The notes below the pieces were generated by a model that worked only from the letters and a program-made list of their open reading frames with translations, did no database searches and had not been told where the DNA came from. Position numbers and translations under genes: made by a program. A DNA stretch of 64,000 nt from Arenicellales bacterium (GTDB taxonomy: Bacteria; Pseudomonadota; Gammaproteobacteria; Arenicellales; JAJDZL01). This document shows, piece by piece, positions 26,911-37,298 of this stretch. Each line of letters opens with the position of its first letter. Positions within the stretch are counted from its first letter, which is position 1. The stretch spans positions 2,304,548-2,368,547 of the forward strand of contig OZ244840.1 in the NCBI GenBank assembly GCA_965220725.1, given 5' to 3'.

Positions 26911-27675
26911 ATGGAAATCAATGGAGATGCGGCGTTGGTAACCGGTGCGGCTTCGGGCATGGGTGAGGCGACCGCCCGGTTGCTGGCGGACCGGGGGGCG
27001 AAAGTGTGTCTGCTGGACCTTGATGGCGACCGAATCAATGCAATTGCGGCAGAAATCGGCGCCATGGCAGTTCAGTGTGACGTGACGAGCGCACAGGGCA
27101 TGGAAGAAGCCGTTGTCCGGGCCAGCGAAACCAATGGTGTTGCCCGCATACTTGTCAACTGTGCCGGCATTGCACCGGCGCGACGGATTGTCGGACGCGA
27201 CGGTGCGATGCCGCTTGACGACTTCAAGCACGTCATCAACGTCAATCTGATCGGAACGTTCAACACCATGCGGCTGATGGCGGCCGCAGTCCGAAATGAG
27301 CCGACCCTGGACGACTCTGCCGAGCGCGGGGTGATCGTCAATGTCGCGTCGGTTTCCGCATTCGAGGGACAGATCGGACAGGCCGCATACAGTTCCTCCA
27401 AAGGTGCGATTGTCGCCCTGACGATCCAGGCCGCCCGGGAACTGGCCAGTGCGGGCATTCGGGTGATGACCATCGCACCTGGATTGATCGGCACACCCTT
27501 GCTGCTCGGCATGCCCGAAGAGGTCCAGCAAAGCCTCGCCAGCCAGGTGCCTTTTCCGAAGCGACTGGGTGATCCGATGGAATTCGCCCGACTGGTCGAG
27601 CACATTCTGGAGAATCAGATGCTCAACGGTGATGTGATTCGGCTGGATGGTGCGATTCGGATGCAACCTCGATGA
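26911..27675 (+). CDS. SDR, 3-hydroxyacyl-CoA dehydrogenase type 2-like.
   Basis: VTGAASGMG, NCAG, and AAYSSSKGAIVALT (YxxxK). Confidence 0.85.
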   Translation: MEINGDAALVTGAASGMGEATARLLADRGAKVCLLDLDGDRINAIAAEIGAMAVQCDVTSAQGMEEAVVRASETNGVARILVNCAGIAPARRIVGRDGAMPLDDFKHVINVNLIGTFNTMRLMAAAVRNEPTLDDSAERGVIVNVASVSAFEGQIGQAAYSSSKGAIVALTIQAARELASAGIRVMTIAPGLIGTPLLLGMPEEVQQSLASQVPFPKRLGDPMEFARLVEHILENQMLNGDVIRLDGAIRMQPR

Positions 27676-27696
27676 TGACGGCTGATTTCAGCGGGT

Positions 27697-28305
27697 TCAA
27701 ATGTCTTTGAGACGTTGCATCGGCGCCCGGTCAAAAAGATCCTGGTTGTTGAGGTAGTCCAGCAGAAAATCCAGTGAATCCAATCCCCAGAACAACTCTC
27801 CATCAACGACCAGTGTCGGCACCCCGAACACACCGTTGTCGATTGCTGACTGGGTATTGTTGATCAGGGCCTGCTTGACATCCGGGTTGGCTGTCAGGGA
27901 GTCGGCATCGCTGACCGCGACGTTCTTCCAGATCGCCGCCCGACCGGCATCGGTTGCCGGGTCGTCTTCCGACGTCCAGATCGCGCGGAAAATCCGGGTA
28001 ATGAGTTCCGGGTCATTTTGTTTGGCGATGGTCAGACGAAGATAGGGCAGGGGGACGAAGGGATGCGTGTCAGGTACCCTGAACGGTACACCGAGGCGAT
28101 CCGCGAGCCAGGTGGCGTGTCGATAGGTGAACAGTTTCTTGCGCTCGATCTCAACCGGTCCCAGTTGGCCCCAGTGTTTCAGCAGCCCGGCAAAGAGTAC
28201 GGGAATGTAGTTGACCGATGTCTCTCCGGGCAGGTCTCCAAGTCGCTCATGCAGCAGGTAGGAGAACGGCGAGATGTAATCGAAATAGCAGTCAACCCTG
28301 GTCAT
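27697..28305 (-). CDS. DsbA-family 2-hydroxychromene-2-carboxylate isomerase-like protein.
   Basis: DCYFDYISPFSYL at the N-terminus and GVFGVPTLVVDGELFWG. Confidence 0.8.
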   Translation of the reverse strand: MTRVDCYFDYISPFSYLLHERLGDLPGETSVNYIPVLFAGLLKHWGQLGPVEIERKKLFTYRHATWLADRLGVPFRVPDTHPFVPLPYLRLTIAKQNDPELITRIFRAIWTSEDDPATDAGRAAIWKNVAVSDADSLTANPDVKQALINNTQSAIDNGVFGVPTLVVDGELFWGLDSLDFLLDYLNNQDLFDRAPMQRLKDI

Positions 28306-30029
28306 GACGGTTCATTGAGGGTGTTGGCCCTTTCACGAAGAATGAACTTCTGAATTTTACCGGTGGATGTTTTCGGCAGCTCACCGAAAACCACCTTTTT
28401 CGGTGCCTTGTAGCGGGCCATGTTGTTCTTGCAGTGTTCGATCAGACTGGCTTCTGTTGGCTGCGGCGAGTAGTCCGGATTGACACGGACGAATGCACAG
28501 GGAATCTCTCCCCATTTCTCGTCGTCCTTGGCGACCACCGCCGCCTCGACGATGGCGGGATGCCGGAACAGCACGTCCTCGACTTCGATGGAGGAGATGT
28601 TCTCTCCGCCGGATATGATGATGTCCTTGGACCGGTCCTTGAGCTGGATATAGCGGTCGGGATGCATCACACCCAGATCGCCGGAATGAAACCAGCCGCC
28701 GGAAAAGGCCTGCTCGGTCGCAGTCGGGTTTTTCAGATAGCCTTTCATCACATTGTTGCCGCGAAACATGGTCTCGCCCATGGTTTCGCCATCAGCCGGT
28801 ACGCAACCCATGGTTTCCGGATCCATGATCTCCAATCCCGCCAGTACGGTATAGGGTACGCCTTGCCGGGATTTCATCTTTGACTGTTCGCTGGCATCGA
28901 GCTGATCCCATTCGGTGTGCCATTCGCAGACCACGGAAGGACCGTAGGTTTCGGTGAGTCCGTACACATGCGTCATGTGAAATCCTGACTGTTCCATCTT
29001 TTCCAATACCGACGCAGGTGGTGGGGCGGCTGCGGTCATGACTTCCACGGTATGCCCGAACGTCCGCCGTTCTGATTCACTAGCATTGATGATCATGCCG
29101 AGAACGATGGGTGCGCCGCAGAAGTGGGTGACCCGATGTTCAGCGATGGCGTCGAAAATTGTGGCTGCCTCGACCTTGCGCAGGCAGATGTTGGTGCCCG
29201 AGAGCATTGCCATGGTCCATGGAAAACACCAGCCATTGCAGTGAAACATGGGCAGTGTCCAAAGATAGGTCGGGTGAGGCGGCATTTTCCAGTTCAGCGC
29301 ATTGCTCAGGGCATTCAGGTATGCGCCCCGGTAGTGGTAGACGACACCCTTGGGATTTCCAGTGGTACCAGAGGTGTAGTTCAACGCGATGGCATTCCAT
29401 TCGTTGTCGGGTGGCTGCCACGGAAAATCATTTTTTGCTTGACATAGGAAGGTCTCATAATCCATACTACCGAGCAGCGATCCATGTTGCACCGCATCAT
29501 CCAATAAATCTATTACCGTAATATCCCGATTAACCTTGCCGAGTGCGTTATCCATGACCTGCGAATACTCGCGATCTGTGATCAGAATTTCAGTTTCTGC
29601 GTGGTCGAGAATGAAGGCGATGGTGTCAGCGTCCAGCCTGACGTTGATGGCATTGAGCACGGCTCCCGTCATCGGAACACCAAAGTGCGCCTCATACATG
29701 GCCGGTACATTCGGCGCCATCACCGATACTGTCTTTCCAGGCTTGATTCCACATCCGACCAGCGCCGAGGCCAGTTGTTGACAACGCTGGTAGGTTTCAG
29801 ACCATGTGTAGCGAATATCCTGATGAATCAATGAGATACGTTGCGGATAGAAGTCCGCGCTTCGTTTCAGGAATCCAATGGGGGACAGCGGAACATAGTT
29901 GGCGCTGTTCCGGTTGAGGCCAGATTCATAGGGGTTTAATCTAGAGTTCACGAGAGCATTGAGCGTGATCAATTTTCCGTCTGTAACCCAGTCATTATAT
30001 TGAATCGGTTCATTCATCTCGATTTTCAC
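28302..30029 (-). CDS. AMP-forming medium-chain acyl-CoA synthetase (DmdB/AAE-like).
   Basis: NYVPLSPIGFLKRSADFYP, LNYTSGTTGNPKGVVYHYRG, and a C-terminal PKTSTGKIQKF. An alternative ATG lies at 30017. Confidence 0.85.
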   Translation of the reverse strand: MKIEMNEPIQYNDWVTDGKLITLNALVNSRLNPYESGLNRNSANYVPLSPIGFLKRSADFYPQRISLIHQDIRYTWSETYQRCQQLASALVGCGIKPGKTVSVMAPNVPAMYEAHFGVPMTGAVLNAINVRLDADTIAFILDHAETEILITDREYSQVMDNALGKVNRDITVIDLLDDAVQHGSLLGSMDYETFLCQAKNDFPWQPPDNEWNAIALNYTSGTTGNPKGVVYHYRGAYLNALSNALNWKMPPHPTYLWTLPMFHCNGWCFPWTMAMLSGTNICLRKVEAATIFDAIAEHRVTHFCGAPIVLGMIINASESERRTFGHTVEVMTAAAPPPASVLEKMEQSGFHMTHVYGLTETYGPSVVCEWHTEWDQLDASEQSKMKSRQGVPYTVLAGLEIMDPETMGCVPADGETMGETMFRGNNVMKGYLKNPTATEQAFSGGWFHSGDLGVMHPDRYIQLKDRSKDIIISGGENISSIEVEDVLFRHPAIVEAAVVAKDDEKWGEIPCAFVRVNPDYSPQPTEASLIEHCKNNMARYKAPKKVVFGELPKTSTGKIQKFILRERANTLNEPS

Positions 30030-30068
30030 ATTTTTAATCTATTAATCATTCAGTTGAAGGAAAGCAAT

Positions 30069-30539
30069 ATGTTAGATGATCCAACTCACGACGAACTTCA
30101 CGGCTATTTTTTCGAAGACCTCACTGTTGGCATGAACGATGTCTACGGCAAAACCCTTACCGATGCGGATGTTCTGATGTTTACCGGTGTGTCGGGCGAT
30201 ACCAATCCCCTGCACCAGAATCGTGAATTCGCCAAACGCACCCAGTTCGGAGAGCCGATTGTCCATGGCATGCTTACTGCCAGCCTGATTTCCACCCTGA
30301 TTGGAACGAGGCTTCCGGGACCGGGTTGTGTCTACATGGATCAGAGCCTGAAGTTTACATATCCGGTCCGGGTTGGAGATACCGTAGTCGCCCGTGTTGA
30401 AGTCATTGAGCTGGATGAACAGCGTCCGTACGCGACGCTTGAGACGACTTGTTCGGTCAACGGTGCTGTTGTCCTCAAGGGAGAGGCCAAGGTGAAGGTG
30501 CCCCGCAAGGTCAATGGTTCGGCTCGGGCCCTATCGTGA
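30069..30539 (+). CDS. phaJ: MaoC-like (R)-specific enoyl-CoA hydratase.
   Basis: The hot-dog motif FTGVSGDTNPLHQNREFA. The ATG at 30069 is preceded by GAAGGAAAG. The gene lies directly upstream of phaC. Confidence 0.75.
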   Translation: MLDDPTHDELHGYFFEDLTVGMNDVYGKTLTDADVLMFTGVSGDTNPLHQNREFAKRTQFGEPIVHGMLTASLISTLIGTRLPGPGCVYMDQSLKFTYPVRVGDTVVARVEVIELDEQRPYATLETTCSVNGAVVLKGEAKVKVPRKVNGSARALS

Positions 30540-30567
30540 GTTCATCCGACTGCTTACGCAACGCAAC

Positions 30568-32355
30568 ATGGAAAATGACATGTCAGAACTAACGCCACAC
30601 ACTGATACGGCAGCCGGCCAGGACCTGGCTTTGCTGTCAGAGATGAACACGCAGTACGCGCGTATTGCCGGGGCGATGATGAAGGGACAGGATCACTCGG
30701 ACCTCGCCATATACAGCCTGTCGATAGCGACACTGTTTGCCAAGGCAGCAGCTGGAAATGCGATGAGAATGAACGATGTTCTCGACATCCAGACTCAGGC
30801 GATGAAGAAATTCGCCTCGCTCGCCGATTACACACTCAAGCGAATGCAGCATGAAACGACCGAGCCGGTTGTCGCACCGGCTGACGATGACATGCGGTTT
30901 CGCTCCTCATCGTGGAGTGAGAACCTATGGTTTGATGTCCTGAAGCAGTCCTACCTGATCAACTCCGAGTACCTGGACAACCTGTTCAGCAAGGACACCA
31001 ATCTGGAAAGACAGGATCAGCGCAAGCTCGAGTTTTTCAAAAAGCAGTGGATCGATGCCCTTGCACCGACCAATTTCGCGTTAACAAACCCGGATGTGAT
31101 CGCACAGGCCAAGGAAACAGGCGGACGCAGCATCGTGGAGGGCTTGCGGAATTTTGCAGACGACCTCGAATCCGGTGCTGGCGTCAGCATGGTTGACAAG
31201 GCTTCGTTTGAAATGGGTCAAAACATTGCGTCGACACCGGGCAAGGTGATTGCCCGCAACAGGCTGGCCGAGCTCATCCAGTATTCGCCTGCCACGGAAA
31301 AGGTTTACGCGAAACCCATCATGATCGTTCCGCCCTGGATCAACAAGTACTACATTCTGGACCTCTCGCCGAAGAACTCATTCATCGGTTGGCTGGTCTC
31401 GCAGGGATACACGGTCTTTGTGATCTCGTGGGTGAACCCGGATGAATCCTATCGTCACACGAACTATGATGACTACCTCAGTCTCGGCCCATTGTGGGCA
31501 TCGAATGTGATTCGCTCAGTGACCGGTGAGGAGAAGATCAATGCCATCGGATACTGCCTGGGCGGTACGTTGCTGGCGTCCCTGCTGGGCTATCTGGCCA
31601 GCAACGACGAGCAACCGGATTTTATTTCCAGCGCGACATTCTTCACCACCATGATCGATTTCGAGGAGCCCGGAGACCTCGGTGTATTCGTCGATGAGGA
31701 GAGTGTGTCCCAGCTCGAGACAAAGATGAATGAACGGGGTTACCTGGATGGAAGTTCGATGGCGTCGACTTTCAACATGATGCGCTCGAACGATCTGATC
31801 TGGCACTTTGTCATCAATAACTATCTGCTCGGCAAGAAGCCCGGCCGATTTGACCTCTTGTACTGGAATTCGGATTCCACGAGAATGCCGGCGGATATGC
31901 ACAGTTACTACTTGAGACAGATGTATCTTGAGAATCTGCTGTGCAAGCCCAATGGGATGACCATCCTGGATACTGCAATTGATCTCGCCAAGGTGAAAAC
32001 CCCGGCATTTTTCATCGCGACACAACTCGACCACATTGCTCCGTGGAAGTCCACATACAGTGGTGCACGATTGTTTTCCGGCAATACGCGGTTTCTGCTT
32101 GGAGAGTCCGGACACATTGCCGGCATCATCAACTCGCCCGAACGCAAGAAATATGGCTACTGGTCGAGTGCGAAGAAACTGCCCCACACCGCTGATGAGT
32201 GGCTGGATGCCGCGCGTCGGCGCGATGGCTCCTGGTGGCCGGAGTGGGAGAAGTGGGCAAGAAAATTCAGTGGTGACCAGATTGATGCCCGCCAACCCGG
32301 CAGCGATGAACATCCGCCGCTGGCGGATGCACCGGGCGACTACGTCAGGATGTGA
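30568..32355 (+). CDS. phaC: Class I poly(3-hydroxyalkanoate) synthase.
   Basis: Lipase-box-like GYCLGGTLLA, and WNSDSTRMPADMH, with a length of about 590 aa. The start is 30568 or 30580. Confidence 0.85.
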   Translation: MENDMSELTPHTDTAAGQDLALLSEMNTQYARIAGAMMKGQDHSDLAIYSLSIATLFAKAAAGNAMRMNDVLDIQTQAMKKFASLADYTLKRMQHETTEPVVAPADDDMRFRSSSWSENLWFDVLKQSYLINSEYLDNLFSKDTNLERQDQRKLEFFKKQWIDALAPTNFALTNPDVIAQAKETGGRSIVEGLRNFADDLESGAGVSMVDKASFEMGQNIASTPGKVIARNRLAELIQYSPATEKVYAKPIMIVPPWINKYYILDLSPKNSFIGWLVSQGYTVFVISWVNPDESYRHTNYDDYLSLGPLWASNVIRSVTGEEKINAIGYCLGGTLLASLLGYLASNDEQPDFISSATFFTTMIDFEEPGDLGVFVDEESVSQLETKMNERGYLDGSSMASTFNMMRSNDLIWHFVINNYLLGKKPGRFDLLYWNSDSTRMPADMHSYYLRQMYLENLLCKPNGMTILDTAIDLAKVKTPAFFIATQLDHIAPWKSTYSGARLFSGNTRFLLGESGHIAGIINSPERKKYGYWSSAKKLPHTADEWLDAARRRDGSWWPEWEKWARKFSGDQIDARQPGSDEHPPLADAPGDYVRM

Positions 32356-32358
32356 GCG

Positions 32359-33168
32359 TCAGTTTTTCGCGGTGCTCCAGGACGGACTTCGTTTCTCGAT
32401 GAAGGCTTCAATGCCTTCTATCGCGGCCGGAAAGCTTAAATTGCACACCATTCGGTCGCTGGCAAGGGTGTAGGCTGATTCCAGTTTGTGGTCGAGTTGC
32501 TCGTAAAACAACCGTTTTCCGAGTGCGACCACATCCTGCGGTTTTTGCGCGATGCTGCGTGCAAAGTCCCAGGTTGCCTGTTCCAACTGACCGGAGTCTG
32601 CCACACGATTGACCAGTCCTTTGGCCAACGCGGTGTCCGCATCAATAAAGTCGCCGGTCAGCAGCATCTCCAGGGCATGTTTTCGCGCCACGTTGCGACT
32701 GAGTGCAACACCCGGAGTCGAGCAGAACAGTCCAAGATTGATGCCTGAGACCGCAAATCGCGCGTCAGTCGATGCGATGGCCAGATCGCAATTGGCAACG
32801 AGCTGGCAGCCGGCTGCCGTCGCAAGGCCCTGAACACTGGCAATAACGGGCTGGGGAATCCGGGTCATCGTCATCATCATGCGACTGCATTTATTGAGCA
32901 GCTCGCGGGAGAATGTGTCGCTGTCATGGCGTCGGATTTCCTTCAAATCGTGGCCGGCACAGAATGCCCGACCTTTTGCTGCTAGAATGACGACACGGAT
33001 GGAGTCGTCTTCTCCGATCTCGTCCAGGGACTCCTGCAGTTGGGTCAGCATCTCCGAGGACAGCGGGTTATACCGCTCGGGCCTGTTCAGCGTGAGCATG
33101 GCGATTGAGTCATCGTCCTTGCGCAAGAGACATGATGGCGCTGTTGTTTCCGATTCCATTGCTTTCAA
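32359..33168 (-). CDS. Enoyl-CoA hydratase/isomerase (crotonase family).
   Basis: LNRPERYNPLS and AAKGRAFCAGHDLKE. Confidence 0.85.
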   Translation of the reverse strand: MKAMESETTAPSCLLRKDDDSIAMLTLNRPERYNPLSSEMLTQLQESLDEIGEDDSIRVVILAAKGRAFCAGHDLKEIRRHDSDTFSRELLNKCSRMMMTMTRIPQPVIASVQGLATAAGCQLVANCDLAIASTDARFAVSGINLGLFCSTPGVALSRNVARKHALEMLLTGDFIDADTALAKGLVNRVADSGQLEQATWDFARSIAQKPQDVVALGKRLFYEQLDHKLESAYTLASDRMVCNLSFPAAIEGIEAFIEKRSPSWSTAKN

Positions 33169-33234
33169 ACCTATAATTCATTCGGTGGCAAGATGACGGC
33201 ATTTTACAATTCAATACACGGATAGACAAACACG

Positions 33235-33672
33235 ATGACACATGTAACCGTAGAGGAGTTCAATCAGGCGGCGCGCAAGCAGCTGCCGCTGGTGGAACAG
33301 CTTGGATTCATTGTTGAAAGCCTCAACCAGGGGGAATGTGTGGTACGTGCGGTATACAAGGAGGATTTCCTGCGGCCTGGCGGCACCATTTCCGGACCCA
33401 TCTTGATGGCGCTCGCCGATTTCGCCATGTGGGGTGCCATCATGAGCAAGGCCGAGCGCGTGCAGATGGCCCTGACCACGAGTCTGAATATCAATTTCCT
33501 GGTTCGTCCCGAGCCCGGTGACGTTGTTGCGGTTGCCAGGCTGATGAAGCTGGGCAAGCGACTGGCGGTCGGGTCGGTCGACTTGTTCGGAAACGCCGGC
33601 GATGAACTTGTCGCGCATGTGACATGCACCTATTCACTACCACCTGATTATTCGGTTGAGAAAACACTATGA
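33235..33672 (+). CDS. PaaI-family hot-dog thioesterase.
   Basis: GGTISGPILMALADFAMWGAI...GKRLAVGSVDL. Confidence 0.75.
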   Translation: MTHVTVEEFNQAARKQLPLVEQLGFIVESLNQGECVVRAVYKEDFLRPGGTISGPILMALADFAMWGAIMSKAERVQMALTTSLNINFLVRPEPGDVVAVARLMKLGKRLAVGSVDLFGNAGDELVAHVTCTYSLPPDYSVEKTL

Positions 33673-34361
33673 ACGACCAGTTTACCAATATCAAAGCCTG
33701 TGTATTCGATGCTTACGGTACCTTGTTTGATGTTCACTCGGCAGCGGCCAAACACAGCCACCGGCTGGGTGATCTTGAACAGTCCGTATCGCAGATGTGG
33801 CGCTCCAAGCAACTTGAATATACGTGGTTGCGCGCCCTGATGGGTGCCTATGATGATTTTTGGACTGTCACCGGTGATGCCCTGGATTACGCACTCGCCT
33901 CCCATGGCGTAAAAGACGGGGAGTTGCGCGATCAACTCATGAATGCCTACCTGAATCTGAGTTGCTTCGATGAGGTGCCGCAAGTCCTCAAGCAGCTCAA
34001 GGACAACGGCATGAAGACTGCGGTGCTGTCCAATGGTTCTCCGAACATGCTCGATCCCGTGGTTGAGAATTCCGGAGTGGGGCAATACATTGATGCGTGC
34101 ATCTCGGTTGATGAGGTGAAAACCTTCAAGCCGACGGCAGTTGTGTATCAACTGGCGTGCGATCATTTGGAGGTTCGTGCGGATGAAGTCAGCTTTCAGT
34201 CATCGAACTGCTGGGATGCCATCGGTGCCGCCTATTTTGGATTTCAGGTCGTGTGGTGCAATCGCTACAACCAGCAGTTGGACCGACTACCCGCCACGCC
34301 GCACGTTCAGGTTACCGACCTGACGGCACTGCTGGACCTGGTTGGACTGAATGGACGCTGA
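33669..34361 (+). CDS. Type II haloacid dehalogenase (HAD superfamily).
   Basis: CVFDAYGTLFDVHS, SNGSP, and a start that overlaps the upstream stop. Confidence 0.8.
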   Translation: MNDQFTNIKACVFDAYGTLFDVHSAAAKHSHRLGDLEQSVSQMWRSKQLEYTWLRALMGAYDDFWTVTGDALDYALASHGVKDGELRDQLMNAYLNLSCFDEVPQVLKQLKDNGMKTAVLSNGSPNMLDPVVENSGVGQYIDACISVDEVKTFKPTAVVYQLACDHLEVRADEVSFQSSNCWDAIGAAYFGFQVVWCNRYNQQLDRLPATPHVQVTDLTALLDLVGLNGR

Positions 34362-34403
34362 TAAAAGTGGGTTTCCCGCCCTTGCCGTGTGCGGGCAGTC
34401 AAT

Positions 34404-34946
34404 TCACTGCTTGCGGGCGGCGCATTCACTGCACTCGAGATCTTCAAGAAAATTGATTTCCAGAGTGGGATAGACGCGCCATTCCTCGGGTGCCTCAAAG
34501 CCATCCATCCAGATTCCAGCCTGTCGATGCCTTGCAATTTGTTCCTGCCGCGAATACTCCTGGCCATCGACAACGGTCACCGCCCAGCCTTCACGGACCA
34601 GCCAGTCGGCAACGTCAAATTCGCGGTTGGCGCAGCGAACCAGGGGCACCGTCCCGATTTCGCTGACTGGAACGCAGGAGAAGGGTGCAAAACTTAATGT
34701 GGTAGCGAGTTTCAATGTGGCGGTTGCACCGCATGGCCATTGCGCCTGTTTCGCAATGCATTTTGTTTTCGGGCCGGGTATGGCGATCCCATACAACACA
34801 ACTTTTTTTCCGTTGACCTCCAGCGCATTGTCTTTGAGAATGCGGAATGGTGTTTCCTCGTCGGCTTTCAGCGCAATCGCAGACAACAGGACTGAACAGG
34901 CTGCAATCAGCAAAACAACGAATAAGGTTTTGGATTTCTGGTACAT
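34404..34946 (-). CDS. Thermonuclease (SNase)-like lipoprotein.
   Basis: Signal peptide with a lipobox (LLIAAC). SNase-like core VVLYGIAIPG...DVADWLVREGWA...RQAGIW. Confidence 0.7.
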   Translation of the reverse strand: MYQKSKTLFVVLLIAACSVLLSAIALKADEETPFRILKDNALEVNGKKVVLYGIAIPGPKTKCIAKQAQWPCGATATLKLATTLSFAPFSCVPVSEIGTVPLVRCANREFDVADWLVREGWAVTVVDGQEYSRQEQIARHRQAGIWMDGFEAPEEWRVYPTLEINFLEDLECSECAARKQ

Positions 34947-35086
34947 TGACTCACTAACTCGCGCGTTCCTGCGGCTTATTTTATTGTGATTATGATGCAG
35001 ACGTTGATTCCAGTTCGATTCAGGGGCTCTTGAGTATCCGTCATGAATAGATTTTCAAAATTGCAATCCACATCCATGCACTGACA

Positions 35087-35854
35087 GTGATGTTTGAGAC
35101 ATTTAGCTTGCTGGAGTTTGCGATCTACGCAGCAATTGCGCTGTTCGCGGGATTTGTGCACGGTGCCATTGGTTTGGGATTCCCACTGCTCTCAACCGCC
35201 ATCCTGTCAACCTTTATTGATCTTCGGATGGCGATACTGATCACGCTGCTGCCCACTGTGACAGTCAATGTGCTGAGCATCGCTCGCGGCGGGAACTGGA
35301 ATCAGAGCCTGGGACGTTATTGGCCACTGGCGCTATGGTGCCTGATCGGGTCTGTCATCGGTGCTTACCTGATCGTGCTTTATGATCCCACGCCATTCAA
35401 GCTGCTGCTCGCCGGTCTGATCTTTCTCTACCTGATCCTGGATCTGGCGAAAAAGGAGATTTTCGGCAGTGTGCGGCGGTTTCCGACTTTGTCAAACCTG
35501 GGATTCGGGCTGACAGCCGGATTCTCTGCCGGTTCAACCAATACGATGGTTCCCATCCTGGTCATCTATTCCCTGGAAGCCGGATGGGCAAAGACGGTGA
35601 TGGTACAGGTGTTCAATATGTGTTTTTTCTCCGGCAAGGCCGCCCAGCTTGCGGTGTTTTCCTTTTCGGGGATGTTCAATTATCAGATCGCCCTTGCAAC
35701 CCTTCCACTGGCGGGTGTTGCGGCAGCCGGTCTTTATGTCGGAAACATAGTCCATGACAAGATCAACATTGTGCTGTTTCGAAAAATCATCAAATTGGTA
35801 TTACTCGTGCTTGGTGTCATTCTGTCTTTTCAGGTATTGGCTGCCTTGTTCTAG
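35087..35854 (+). CDS. TauE/SafE-family anion exporter (membrane protein).
   Basis: A polytopic hydrophobic protein with FAGFVHGAIGLGFPLLSTAIL. The start is GTG 35087 or ATG 35090. Confidence 0.75.
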   Translation: MMFETFSLLEFAIYAAIALFAGFVHGAIGLGFPLLSTAILSTFIDLRMAILITLLPTVTVNVLSIARGGNWNQSLGRYWPLALWCLIGSVIGAYLIVLYDPTPFKLLLAGLIFLYLILDLAKKEIFGSVRRFPTLSNLGFGLTAGFSAGSTNTMVPILVIYSLEAGWAKTVMVQVFNMCFFSGKAAQLAVFSFSGMFNYQIALATLPLAGVAAAGLYVGNIVHDKINIVLFRKIIKLVLLVLGVILSFQVLAALF

Positions 35855-35932
35855 ACAAAAACTTCCATGAAGTTGAAAATGCTGTTTCAATCAAGGACAA
35901 TTACAGAAAAACCAATTGTCACTTTACGATCA

Positions 35933-37291
35933 ATGCCCAGGGATGGTGTCACGGTGAACCATAGACGAAATCAGAACTCATTCACACGCAGGGATTTTCT
36001 TAAAGCCGGCGCGCTGACGCTTGTACCGCCGTCGGTCTTCGCGAGCGTCAACAGCAACCCTGATGTTGTCATCATCGGTGCCGGTGCCGCTGGTCTTGCC
36101 GCCGCACATACCCTGCTCAGGGACAATCGGACAGTGGCGATTGTTGAGGGCAACAACCGGGTTGGCGGTCGGACCTACACCGACCATTCAATGTTCGGTG
36201 TGCCATTCGACGTGGGTGCCCATTGGCTGCATAACGGCAGGGGCAATCCCTATAACGTTCTCGCCCGTAAGTTCGGCTTTGACGTCAATCCAGCACCGGA
36301 AGTCTATCGTCTGTTTGCGGATGGTCAGGAAGTGGATGCCAGTGAGGTCGACAAGCTGTGGGAATTGGGTTCCGAGATGGAAGCCGCAATCGGAAAACTG
36401 GCTGATGCCGGCAAGGACGTCTCGCTGGCTGAGGCCGTTGCGCACTTCACCGGGCAATGGAGCAATCTGGCCAAGTTTGTCATGGGGCCGTGGGGTATGG
36501 CAAAGGATCTCAAGGATATTTCCACTGTGGATTGGTGGAACTCCGAGAATGGAGATGACTTCTTCTGCCGTCAGGGACTGGGCACCGTGGTCGAGCACTA
36601 TGCGAAAGACCTGCCCATCTCGCTCAACACCAAGGTGGAGAGAGTCAACTGGAGTGGTGAGGATGTGATTGTCGAGACCACCCAGGGTACGCTGCGGGCG
36701 AAGGCGGTCATCGTGACGGCCTCGACCGGTGTGCTTGCGTCGGACAGCATCAAGTTCGCACCGGAACTGCCCTTGGACAAGATCGAGTCGTTCAATGCCA
36801 TTTCGATGGGTTCATACGACCATATCGCCTTGCGGTTTTCTGAAGATGTCTTTGAGATGGGTGAGGATGGATACCTGATGTTTGACATTGGAGATGACGG
36901 AAGGGGATTTGGCACACTGACCAATACATCCGGTACCGGCATCGCTTACTGTGATGTTGGTGGTGACTGGGCGCGCGAGCTGACCAATGAGCTGGAGGAC
37001 GTCAAGGTCAATTACGCGCTGGATCAACTGGAATCCCTGCTTGGCAGTTCTGTCAAGCGCAGTTTTATTTTAGGTACGGCGACGCAGTGGAATCTCAACC
37101 AATGGAGTCTCGGTGCCTATGCCTCGGCCGAGCCGGGTGCGTACGCCATGCGTGCGGTTCTGCGCCGCCCGGTGGGTGAGAAGGTATTCTTTGCCGGTGA
37201 AGCCTGTCACCGGGCACTGTGGGCGACGGTTGGCGGCGCGCATCTGTCCGGCGCGGAAGTGGGCCGGGTGGTGTCCAGCGTTCTCGACTGA
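35933..37291 (+). CDS. Flavin-containing amine oxidase with a Tat signal.
   Basis: The twin-arginine motif TRRDFLKAGAL, then VVIIGAGAAGLAAA...EGNNRVGGR. I chose the ATG at 35933. The ORF opens at 35867. Confidence 0.8.
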   Translation: MPRDGVTVNHRRNQNSFTRRDFLKAGALTLVPPSVFASVNSNPDVVIIGAGAAGLAAAHTLLRDNRTVAIVEGNNRVGGRTYTDHSMFGVPFDVGAHWLHNGRGNPYNVLARKFGFDVNPAPEVYRLFADGQEVDASEVDKLWELGSEMEAAIGKLADAGKDVSLAEAVAHFTGQWSNLAKFVMGPWGMAKDLKDISTVDWWNSENGDDFFCRQGLGTVVEHYAKDLPISLNTKVERVNWSGEDVIVETTQGTLRAKAVIVTASTGVLASDSIKFAPELPLDKIESFNAISMGSYDHIALRFSEDVFEMGEDGYLMFDIGDDGRGFGTLTNTSGTGIAYCDVGGDWARELTNELEDVKVNYALDQLESLLGSSVKRSFILGTATQWNLNQWSLGAYASAEPGAYAMRAVLRRPVGEKVFFAGEACHRALWATVGGAHLSGAEVGRVVSSVLD

Positions 37292-37298
37292 CTCGAGA

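Noticed and set aside
26884-27666. A 260-aa minus-strand ORF, grouped here with similar long antisense ORFs at 1464-2144, 20507-21118, 21539-22210, 31516-32313, 33648-34166, 38460-39023, 54820-55452 and 60698-61258.
   Set aside because: Each is fully nested opposite a gene with unambiguous motifs (SDR, UvrA, AMP-ligase, PhaC, HAD, ALS, TctA, PuuB). None has recognisable motifs or ribosome-binding sites.
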